24,000 bases of DNA. Origin: Candidatus Methanoperedens sp. (GTDB taxonomy: Archaea; Halobacteriota; Methanosarcinia; Methanosarcinales; Methanoperedenaceae). The position numbers were made by a program, and so were the translations under genes. Positions 1 to 6,441 of this stretch are shown here, piece by piece. The notes beneath the pieces are model-generated. The model was not told where the DNA came from. It saw nothing but the letters and a program-made list of their open reading frames with translations, and searched no databases. Location of the stretch: the NCBI GenBank assembly GCA_030650845.1, contig JAUSDC010000219.1, forward strand, positions 441 to 24,440, written 5' to 3'. Position 1 is the stretch's first letter, and each line of letters begins with the position of its first letter.

Positions 1-131
1 TTTAAACAAGTGAATTACAGAGTAGATCGTTGGAAAATGGGAAACTGGCGCAGGGCATTAATATATTTAATTATATGTTTTAACAGTTTCGGCGCCTCGC
101 GGAATCCGAAGCAACCAACAGGAAACATTCA

Positions 132-158
132 CCGCAAAGTTCGCAAAGACCGCAAAAC
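132..158. repeat. Three tandem 9-bp units (CCGCAAAGT / TCGCAAAGA / CCGCAAAAC)
   Basis: Read directly from the DNA: consecutive 9-mers at 132-140, 141-149 and 150-158 share the core CGCAAA. The region is non-coding and has the same 9-bp periodicity as the neighbouring hairpin arms. Confidence 0.6.
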
Positions 159-191
159 ATGACAACAGGATAATCCAAAAAAGAAAATCAA

Positions 192-258
192 CCACGGAGA
201 GCACAGAGTTCACAGAGACGAGGTTTGTTTCCCTCTGTGCCCTCGGTGCTCTCTGTGG
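192..258. repeat. Long imperfect inverted repeat (hairpin) built from 9-bp-periodic CACAGAG units; possible REP/MITE-like element
   Basis: Arm 192-217 (CCACGGAGAGCACAGAGTTCACAGAG) pairs with arm 233-258 (CTCTGTGCCCTCGGTGCTCTCTGTGG). Base-by-base check gives 26 positions with 3 mismatches and 1 G-U. The loop is 15 nt (218-232). Confidence 0.8.
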
Positions 259-473
259 TTTTGCAGTTTGAATTTCTGGATACGGCGATTGCCAGAATCA
301 GCAACATACACATTTCCGCTGCTGTCCACAGCGATTCCCAATGGATTAGAGAACTGACTAACTCCAGTGCCTGCACTCCCCCATTGTGTTAAAAAAGTAC
401 CATCAGAACTGAATTTCTGGATGCGGTTATTGCCATTTACAGAATGATGCCTTGCAGCATGGCCGCAAATCAT
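210..473 (-). pseudogene. NHL-repeat protein remnant (about two repeats), apparently truncated at both ends
   Basis: The translation holds NHL-type units: GNNRIQKFSSDGTFLTQWGSAGTGVSQFSNPLGIAVDSSGNVYVADSGNRRIQKF. Only 87 aa remain. The N-terminus begins in the middle of a repeat (..NGNNRIQKF). NHL similarity stops near 262, where the ORF reads into the hairpin repeat and yields the low-complexity tail HREHRGHRGK. Confidence 0.55.
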
Positions 474-576
474 CTATATGGTTTAACGATTGTTAATGGT
501 TCATAAAGCTTACGATTTAATTTCCGGGGGATTATATAAATAATTATTATGCTCATAATATAAGTAAAAAGTAAAT

Positions 577-2454
577 TTATTTCCCGAACTTCACAACAGG
601 ACACGCCCTCGTACACTTCCCGCATCGTGTGCATTTGCCATTGATCTGTGCAGTCCCATTCACACTTATTACCCGCGCTGTGCACTGCCCTACGCATACT
701 CCGCATCCTGTGCATGTGACAGCCCGAAGGATCGTCTTTTGTGCAAGTCCGATCAATTCCCGCGCTTCATCCTCATTTCCACCTCTAGCCACAACAGTCC
801 CGCTTGCATAGACGTGGACGTTGTTCTCGCCTGTCTGAGCAATGATCACGCCGTCAATAGAATTCGTTTCCCCGATGATCGTAAGTAATCCTGACAACTC
901 TATCTGCTGAAGGTTCAAGGGTGTACCGAAACTACCTTCAGCCGTCATCCCGCCTGCCCTGCATGGGCGGTAGCCAATGGTCATTGTGAATTGAAGCGGT
1001 TTCTTACTGGATTTCGCGATCGTGTTTATACCTTTCTTTTCCGCGATCATCTGGATGGATTTTGGAAGAACCTGCCAGCGCCAGAAACCATGTGTTACCC
1101 ATTCTTCAGGCAGTCCACTGCGTGATGCATAGTCCAGAAGGTATTTTTCAAGCTTTTCGCTCAATTCAGGATGGATCTCGCAAAGGCGCGTAAAATCCGC
1201 CATGCTGGCAGATGGACACAGCCAGCAGCCTATCCTGTCAAATCCCTGCCCATATAATGGATTGTATTTTGCTTTTTTCCAGAAAAGATACAGCCACACA
1301 TGAAGTGCAGTCCAGTTCTGGATCGGGGTTGCTCCGATCTGGTTTCCCACCCAGGGATTCTTCCAGATGTGGTCGCTGTTGGCTCTAACTTCGCTTTCGT
1401 ATTTTCGCTGCCCTATGAATGATAGGCAGCCATTCTCGTAATTGTTCTCGATGAGTTGTGTTATCGCACCAAGCTTGCATACTTTGCAGCACCATCTTGC
1501 CTCGACAGTGGGGGGACCGAAATTGTCTATGGAATTCCAGAAAGCTTCACCCGATGAATGGATCTTTAGGGGCAGACCGAGCTCTTTTGCAGTCTCTTTC
1601 ACATTGTCCACTGTTTCGACAAACTCCAGACCTGTATCAGCAAAAAGTATGTCAAAATCACTGGTGGTGTCACGTACCAGCAACAGGGTCACAAGGCTGT
1701 CTTTTCCCCCTGAGTATGAGACCGTGATCGGTTTTCCTGTGGTCTCTGATACATTTTTTATGAACCTGTGGGATTTTTCCTCAAATTTTTTCAATATGAG
1801 CATGTTTGCTACCACTGCATCATCCCAGGTTTTCTCTCCTTCCTTCAATTCTGATGACGGTTCTGGTTTGCCGTTCCAGCGCGTTTTTACAGCCATGCCT
1901 TTCTCATGTGTTAGCATGCGCTGAGCATTCATGCGCGCCCTTCCTGTAGCGATGACTTCTTTCTGGGGTGTCAGCACGATCACTTCATCGTCCTCGACAA
2001 TGCTTTCTTCAGCCTCATTTACGCCTGGTGCAAGCACTGATGCGCCTTTTATTAAAAAATCAACCGCGCCCTTATCCACAACAAGCCATTTCTTCCCGCC
2101 CACAAGCCTGCGCGCCCCTTCAAGCCTTGGAATGAACACCCATTCCATCCTCTCAATCTCAAAACGCAGCGAGCCCATTATGGCGCCGTCAAAAACAACT
2201 TCGTCCATCCTGTCTTCGTATGGGGCTTTGTTGAGTACTACGAGTCTTCCTTCTGGAATAAGCCTGATCCCGAACTGTTTTTCTGTTGTCCTGTTTATAA
2301 GGTCGATGTCATACGGAAATGCCGGCCTGATGTCCCCTGGCGGAGTTATTTCTATCTTTTTTGTGGCTGATCCGCAGGCGCAGGTCTTCCCAAGTATGGG
2401 AAGGTTGCACGATGGGCACCAGTAAAGCAATAACTCGCCGAGGTAATGGGTCAT
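577..2454 (-). CDS. Zn-ribbon + PUA domain + PAPS-reductase-like PP-loop ATPase + C-terminal 2x[4Fe-4S] ferredoxin domain; physiological function unknown
   Basis: Intact 625-aa ORF. N-terminal CPSC..CAC Zn-ribbon. PUA-like segment (VVDKGAVDFLIKGASVLAPGV...EVIATGRARM). PP-loop motif SYSGGKDS. PAPS-reductase-like core (CWLCP). C-terminus CTGCGVCVGQC...CTRCGKCTRACP. Confidence 0.8.
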   Translation of the reverse strand: MTHYLGELLLYWCPSCNLPILGKTCACGSATKKIEITPPGDIRPAFPYDIDLINRTTEKQFGIRLIPEGRLVVLNKAPYEDRMDEVVFDGAIMGSLRFEIERMEWVFIPRLEGARRLVGGKKWLVVDKGAVDFLIKGASVLAPGVNEAEESIVEDDEVIVLTPQKEVIATGRARMNAQRMLTHEKGMAVKTRWNGKPEPSSELKEGEKTWDDAVVANMLILKKFEEKSHRFIKNVSETTGKPITVSYSGGKDSLVTLLLVRDTTSDFDILFADTGLEFVETVDNVKETAKELGLPLKIHSSGEAFWNSIDNFGPPTVEARWCCKVCKLGAITQLIENNYENGCLSFIGQRKYESEVRANSDHIWKNPWVGNQIGATPIQNWTALHVWLYLFWKKAKYNPLYGQGFDRIGCWLCPSASMADFTRLCEIHPELSEKLEKYLLDYASRSGLPEEWVTHGFWRWQVLPKSIQMIAEKKGINTIAKSSKKPLQFTMTIGYRPCRAGGMTAEGSFGTPLNLQQIELSGLLTIIGETNSIDGVIIAQTGENNVHVYASGTVVARGGNEDEARELIGLAQKTILRAVTCTGCGVCVGQCTARVISVNGTAQINGKCTRCGKCTRACPVVKFGK

Positions 2455-2476
2455 GGGGACTGAGTTATCACAGGGA

Positions 2477-2488
2477 GTATTTATATGT
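2477..2488 (-). promoter_or_regulatory. Putative TATA box for the PUA/PAPS-reductase-like gene (predicts a leaderless mRNA)
   Basis: The minus strand reads ACATATAAATAC, centred about 29 nt upstream of the ATG at 2454. No Shine-Dalgarno sequence lies between them. Confidence 0.35.
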
Positions 2489-2525
2489 GGCTTTGGCTTT
2501 AGAAAGTATTACATTATAATACAAG

Positions 2526-2741
2526 TTAGTTTTTATATTTAGGCCTATCAATTTTTTTAAGTTCCTTTGCTGCTGAATCTGACCTGATCGCCGCTTCAAT
2601 TTCTTTTTTTGTTTCTTCGTTCAATTCCCGAACATCTCCTATTAGCCGCTCTAAAACATCATTATAAGTTTCGCGTTCAAAGATTTTCATCTGAGTTAAT
2701 GCTGATTTCATATCTTCTTTTATTTGTATTGTTGTAACCAT
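2526..2741 (-). CDS. Small VapB-type (DUF217-like) putative antitoxin, third gene of the TA cassette
   Basis: 71 aa. The N-terminus TIQIKEDMKSALTQMKIFERETYNDVLERLI follows the archaeal VapB-antitoxin pattern (TIxIxxDxxxxLxxxK....(S/T)(F/Y)xDV(I/L)xxL(I/L)). It starts 13 nt after the PIN gene stop. Confidence 0.5.
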   Translation of the reverse strand: MVTTIQIKEDMKSALTQMKIFERETYNDVLERLIGDVRELNEETKKEIEAAIRSDSAAKELKKIDRPKYKN

Positions 2742-2754
2742 ATTGATGCTTTTT

Positions 2755-3231
2755 TTAGGTCTGCTCGAACAGTTGTTTCCCCGTGATGTAAATAAAATTC
2801 TCTTTCCAGGATCGTCTGTTCCGCATCATCTCAAGTGCGATCATACTATCATCTTTTGATATAATGCCCTTCCTGTAGAGATAGTATAGTATATGGGTAC
2901 TGAAAATTACAGGAGTACCTGTTTTATTGAGTTTAGAAAGTGCGCGCAGATCATCGGAAACAATAAAATCACATTTCTTATGTAAAGCAAGTTCGATCAG
3001 CTCTTCTTCACCTGTTGGTTTTGATCGTGTTTCAACAACTTTCATGCGCGGGATTGATCCCAATATCCTTTCTGCTGCTACACCATCATCGTCTGAAAAT
3101 TTCTTCATCTCTTCAAGTTCGCAATGGATCTTTTTTGTTATAATGATATCCATATTTTTAAAAATGGCTTCCAGATGACCACTATATTGTAAAGCGATCA
3201 GAGAGCAAGTATCGACGGCAAATATAGTCAT
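2755..3231 (-). CDS. PIN-domain protein (PIN_3/DUF3368-like), putative toxin
   Basis: 158 aa. N-terminal acidic motif FAVDTCSLI. GEEELIELALHKKCDFIVSDDLRA resembles the GEaeaIaLA...lliDDrkAR signature of DUF3368 PIN proteins. A 4-nt ATGA overlap joins it to the upstream RHH gene. Confidence 0.65.
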   Translation of the reverse strand: MTIFAVDTCSLIALQYSGHLEAIFKNMDIIITKKIHCELEEMKKFSDDDGVAAERILGSIPRMKVVETRSKPTGEEELIELALHKKCDFIVSDDLRALSKLNKTGTPVIFSTHILYYLYRKGIISKDDSMIALEMMRNRRSWKENFIYITGKQLFEQT

Positions 3232-3518
3232 TTCACGAACAATTTATCAATCTCTTTTTTGCCTTTCTTTGTCATTTCCTGCACTGTTCTGACATCTTCA
3301 GCATCTTTACCCAATGCAGCATGTAAATCTTCGAAAGATATGTGACCTTTATTATATTCAAGCGCCAGAGCTTCACGATATTTTAGAATGCTGTCCTTGA
3401 CAGCTTCTGCCAGTTTCATCCTCATCCATTCAGACCTGGGAATATGGAGCATACGTGTAAGTGCGTCGATCTCCATAATTAGACGTTCATCAAGACGTAT
3501 GTTTATTTGTGTGGTCAT
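3228..3518 (-). CDS. Ribbon-helix-helix (CopG-like) antitoxin with a UPF0175-like C-terminal segment
   Basis: INIRLDERLIMEIDALTRMLHIPRSEWMRMKLAEAV is a typical RHH. ALALEYNKGHISFEDLHAALG resembles UPF0175, the usual partner of DUF3368 PIN proteins. The ORF track starts at 3539, but the TATA-like element at 3543-3554 favours the ATG at 3518 (MTTQINIRL) as a leaderless start. Confidence 0.7.
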   Translation of the reverse strand: MTTQINIRLDERLIMEIDALTRMLHIPRSEWMRMKLAEAVKDSILKYREALALEYNKGHISFEDLHAALGKDAEDVRTVQEMTKKGKKEIDKLFVK

Positions 3519-3542
3519 CAGTATATCATTTACTATCAAATG

Positions 3543-3554
3543 CTATATAATTTT
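3543..3554 (-). promoter_or_regulatory. Putative TATA box of the TA cassette
   Basis: The minus strand reads AAAATTATATAG, centred about 29 nt upstream of the ATG at 3518. Confidence 0.35.
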
Positions 3555-3584
3555 CCCTTCAATCGGGTAATTAGGTTAATATGA

Positions 3585-3884
3585 TCACGATTTATTAGAC
3601 CCTCCCAGAATCTTCTCATACACATCGCTCCATGACAATTGTGATCCCGCAGCCACGAACATGGCACACGCAACCGCTTCCGCGATCTGCTCATCTGTCG
3701 CGCCTTGCTTTCTTGCCCGCTCTGCGTGTATCTCTGTGCAGCGCTCACATCTCATAAGCACGGATGCTGCGATCGAGATTAGTTCTTTCGTGCGCCGGTC
3801 AAGATTGCCTTCTTTATAGACAGCGTTTCTCATCTCTGCGAAAGCCTTCGCGACTTCCGGTGTTTTTTCATTGAACCACGACAT
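3585..3884 (-). CDS. Carboxymuconolactone decarboxylase (CMD)/AhpD-like CxxC protein, last gene of the ars operon
   Basis: 99 aa. CMD-family core LDRRTKELISIAASVLMRCERCTEIH (CxxC followed by His). Strong SD (AAAGGAGGAATAAAA ATG), 47 nt downstream of acr3. Confidence 0.75.
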   Translation of the reverse strand: MSWFNEKTPEVAKAFAEMRNAVYKEGNLDRRTKELISIAASVLMRCERCTEIHAERARKQGATDEQIAEAVACAMFVAAGSQLSWSDVYEKILGGSNKS

Positions 3885-3931
3885 TTTTATTCCTCCTTTT
3901 TATCAGCAATACCATATTCATCCAGACTACT

Positions 3932-5068
3932 TTACTTCGGCAAACCTCTTTCATCGAACCATATCACACTGGCTCTTCTCGCAACGTGCACAAGTCCAAG
4001 CATTACAGGCACTTCGATAAGCGGTCCCACGACGGCAGCGAATGCTACGCCTGATCCTATCCCGAACACCGCCACAGAAACAGCGATCGCAAGTTCAAAG
4101 TTATTGCTTGCGGCAGTGAATGCAAGCGTCGTGGTCTTTTCGTATGAAAAACCGAGCCTGTGCGACATGAAAAATGAAACTGCGAACATTATGATGAAAT
4201 ATACAAGCAGCGGAATTGCAATTCTCAATACATCCATGGGGAGTTTTACAATGAACTCGCCCTTCAGGGAGAACATGACGATAATTGTAAAAAGAAGTCC
4301 GACAAGCGCTGTGGGACCGAGCTTTTTCATAAATACATTATCGTACCAGTCCTTTCCCCTCTTTTTAACGAGAACTGAGCGTGTTATTATTCCTGCGATA
4401 AAGGGAATTCCCAGATAAATGAACACAGCTTTTGCGACCTGCCATATTGAAATATCCACAACAGCTCCCGCACCTGCGCCGCCTATCCATGGGGACAATA
4501 TGGTTATGAACAAATATGCCAGGAATGAATAAAGCGCCACCTGAAAGATGGAGTTCATAGCGACAAGAACTGCGCACAGTTCGTTATCCCCGCATGCAAG
4601 CTGGTTCCAGACAAGCACCATGGCGATGCATCGCGCAAGGCCGATCATGATCAACCCCATGCGGTACTCAGGAAGGTCAGGAAGGAATATCCATGCGAGG
4701 GAAAACATCAGCACAGGACCGATCACCCAGTTCTGGATAATAGAGGCGCTAAGGGCTTTTCCCTCCTTCTTCATTTTAGATAATTCTTCGTATTTCACGC
4801 CTGCAAGGGGCGGATACATCATCCAGATAAGACCTATTGCAATGGGCAGAGAGACATGTTCGATCTGAACAGCATCTAATATCCCTGCTACCTGCGGATA
4901 AACAAATCCGAGAATTATCCCAACTGCCATGGCAAGAAGGATCCATAAAGTCAGGAATTTACTTATTATGCCAAGACCGCCTTTATCTATTCCACCTGCA
5001 CACCCGGATATTTCTTTCAAGAGATTACCTCTTGCTTTATTCTGCTTAGCACTAAATAAAGCTGACAA
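3932..5068 (-). CDS. acr3: Arsenite efflux permease, ACR3 family
   Basis: 378-aa polytopic membrane protein. ACR3 hallmarks [39 protein letters not shown] and the conserved Cys in GLARCIAMV. Sits between arsR and the CMD gene. Confidence 0.9.
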   Translation of the reverse strand: MSALFSAKQNKARGNLLKEISGCAGGIDKGGLGIISKFLTLWILLAMAVGIILGFVYPQVAGILDAVQIEHVSLPIAIGLIWMMYPPLAGVKYEELSKMKKEGKALSASIIQNWVIGPVLMFSLAWIFLPDLPEYRMGLIMIGLARCIAMVLVWNQLACGDNELCAVLVAMNSIFQVALYSFLAYLFITILSPWIGGAGAGAVVDISIWQVAKAVFIYLGIPFIAGIITRSVLVKKRGKDWYDNVFMKKLGPTALVGLLFTIIVMFSLKGEFIVKLPMDVLRIAIPLLVYFIIMFAVSFFMSHRLGFSYEKTTTLAFTAASNNFELAIAVSVAVFGIGSGVAFAAVVGPLIEVPVMLGLVHVARRASVIWFDERGLPK

Positions 5069-5101
5069 ATCGATTCAAAAAAAATTGAATTCTGGCTAAC
5101 T

Positions 5102-5476
5102 CTAAATATTCCTGGAGATCATCAGAGCGTTCTTTCCTTCACGGGAGAGCACATAATAAGCGAACCTTGAACGCTTTTTTATGCATATCATGCCATGTTT
5201 TTTCAGTAACCCAAGGTGATAGGACGCAGCTGATTTTCGGACTTTCAGCTTTTTTGCGATCTCATCCATGCAGTGTTCTCTCTGCTCCAGCATGAGCAGT
5301 ATCTCCACCCTGTCGGAATTTGAGAGTATCTTGAATTTCCCTGATATTTCATCCGAAGCAACCCTTAGCGACTCGTGCTCTTTTTCCAGTGTAATAAGCC
5401 ATTCCTTCCTGAGTTTTTCATCGCCCGGGCAACACAGGACTGAGGATTTTGAGTCATCGACACTTGGGTTTTTCAT
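5102..5476 (-). CDS. arsR: ArsR/SmtB-family metalloregulator with an N-terminal Cys-Cys extension
   Basis: Winged-HTH core SDRVEILLMLEQREHCMDEIAKKLKVRKSAASYHLGLLKKHGMI. First gene of the operon. Cys15-Cys16 (VLCCPG) lie in a ~45-aa N-terminal extension. The canonical ELCVCDL site is replaced by EHCMDEI. Confidence 0.85.
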   Translation of the reverse strand: MKNPSVDDSKSSVLCCPGDEKLRKEWLITLEKEHESLRVASDEISGKFKILSNSDRVEILLMLEQREHCMDEIAKKLKVRKSAASYHLGLLKKHGMICIKKRSRFAYYVLSREGKNALMISRNI

Positions 5477-5577
5477 TTTCAGTTAATCATGTCTTTCAAT
5501 TGCTATATCTTTACTTCTCCAAAAAAAAACAAAAGGCTTAAGGATAGGGTTATCCATTATAGTTCGTAAGGATACAA

Positions 5578-5991
5578 ATGAAAAAAAAACAGCGGTTCAT
5601 ACTAGGAGTTTCGGTTGTAATAGTATTGTTGGCATACCTTGTAATAATTGGAGTCCCGTCCAGCAACTACGAGGTCAGCCAGGCAATCGCAGATAAAGCT
5701 AACCTGACAGACAAAGTAATCCTCATCAACGGAACTATGGTTCAGGGTTCAGATAAATGGGACAGCTTCAACCGCACCCTGACATTTAAACTCACTGATG
5801 GCATCTCCACAATAGATGTCGTCTATACAGGAGATAAACCCAACCTTCCGCCGCAGGCCGAAGAGAACACAGTTCAGGCTATTGTCACAGGTAAGTTTGA
5901 CGATAATGATGTTTTCAAGGCTTACCAGATGCTTACAAAATGCCCTTCAAAGTATGAAGGCTCTAATAAGATAACTGATAACGCGAAATAA
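5578..5991 (+). CDS. ccmE: Cytochrome c maturation haem chaperone CcmE, archaeal CxxxY variant
   Basis: N-terminal membrane anchor plus OB-fold. It aligns by eye with E. coli CcmE (VILINGTMVQGS.., TLTFKLTDG.STIDVVYTGDKP, VQAIVTGKF). The haem-binding HxxxY is replaced by CPSKY in LTKCPSKYEG. SD AAGGA precedes the ATG. Confidence 0.85.
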   Translation: MKKKQRFILGVSVVIVLLAYLVIIGVPSSNYEVSQAIADKANLTDKVILINGTMVQGSDKWDSFNRTLTFKLTDGISTIDVVYTGDKPNLPPQAEENTVQAIVTGKFDDNDVFKAYQMLTKCPSKYEGSNKITDNAK

Positions 5992-6044
5992 TAAACCGAT
6001 ATCAACATGCTTGCTATCCGCAAACTATAACCCCGAGTCACAAA

Positions 6045-6068
6045 CCTCCAGAATTGCACCTCTGGAGG
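6045..6068. terminator. Perfect 8-bp stem hairpin between the convergent ccmE and fpoO genes
   Basis: CCTCCAGA (6045-6052), loop ATTGCACC, TCTGGAGG (6061-6068). It is the only structured element in the 94-bp convergent spacer. Its function as a terminator is an inference. Confidence 0.4.
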
Positions 6069-6085
6069 GCAGACACTAAAAGAAA

Positions 6086-6436
6086 TTAGTGATGGTGCAC
6101 TTCTTCTTTTTCAGCAACTCGTCTTTTCTTTGTATCCTTGCAGGCTTCAAAGCAGCTTTCACACAGGGCTTTATTGACTTCCCTGTGGTAAGGCTCCTGG
6201 AAGATTGGCACCTGTATCTTAACCTGGAATAATGGTACGTTCTTAATGCTGCAAAGATCACATTTCTTGGCATTCGAGGGCACCCTGTTCAGGTTCGCCT
6301 CAAGACATATTTCAAGACATTCTTCGTTTATTCCCCTCCATGTACCCGTGGGATACGCCAGCTTGACGCGCGGGTCGTTCACTTTCACCGGGCAAAGGGT
6401 GGGTCTTGCCACACCACAAAGTTCACAGTCTGCCAT
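6086..6436 (-). CDS. fpoO: F420H2 dehydrogenase subunit FpoO (small Cys-rich protein)
   Basis: Lies immediately after fpoN, as in the Methanosarcina fpoABCDHIJJKLMNO operon. Ten Cys, including CELC, CDLC and CESCFEAC. SD AGGAGTG and the fpoN stop (6442-6444) favour the ATG at 6436 over the GTG at 6445 used in the ORF track. Confidence 0.6.
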   Translation of the reverse strand: MADCELCGVARPTLCPVKVNDPRVKLAYPTGTWRGINEECLEICLEANLNRVPSNAKKCDLCSIKNVPLFQVKIQVPIFQEPYHREVNKALCESCFEACKDTKKRRVAEKEEVHHH

Positions 6437-6441
6437 AATTA

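Noticed and set aside
37-162. 41-aa plus-strand mini-ORF (MGNWRRALIYLIICFNSF...HRKVRKDRKT) whose basic tail is encoded by the 9-bp tandem repeat
   Set aside because: It has no SD or recognisable promoter, and the tail is simply the repeat read in frame. There is no evidence that it is expressed.
470-715. 81-aa minus-strand ORF spanning the PAPS-like gene's 3' end and the AT-rich spacer
   Set aside because: It overlaps the ferredoxin-domain coding region out of frame, and its second half is translated from AT-rich intergenic DNA (IIIIYIIPRK). It is spurious.
1442-2425. Plus-strand ORFs of 160, 89 and 164 aa antisense to the PUA/PAPS-reductase-like gene
   Set aside because: These are shadow ORFs of a gene with clear domain motifs. 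Their translations are Ser/Thr/Pro-rich with no recognisable motifs.
577-2454. Possibility that the PAPS-reductase-like protein is a DndC-like DNA phosphorothioation or defence component next to the PIN cassette
   Set aside because: No dndA/B/D/E, ssp, restriction or helicase partners are present. The N-terminal module is an RNA-type Zn-ribbon/PUA. The gene has its own TATA-like promoter, separate from the TA cassette. A housekeeping RNA-modification role is more plausible.
5519-5535. A9-containing homopolymer run (CCAAAAAAAAACAAAAGG) in the arsR/ccmE divergent spacer
   Set aside because: It is intergenic, so it cannot cause a frameshift. It is most simply AT-rich promoter spacer DNA.
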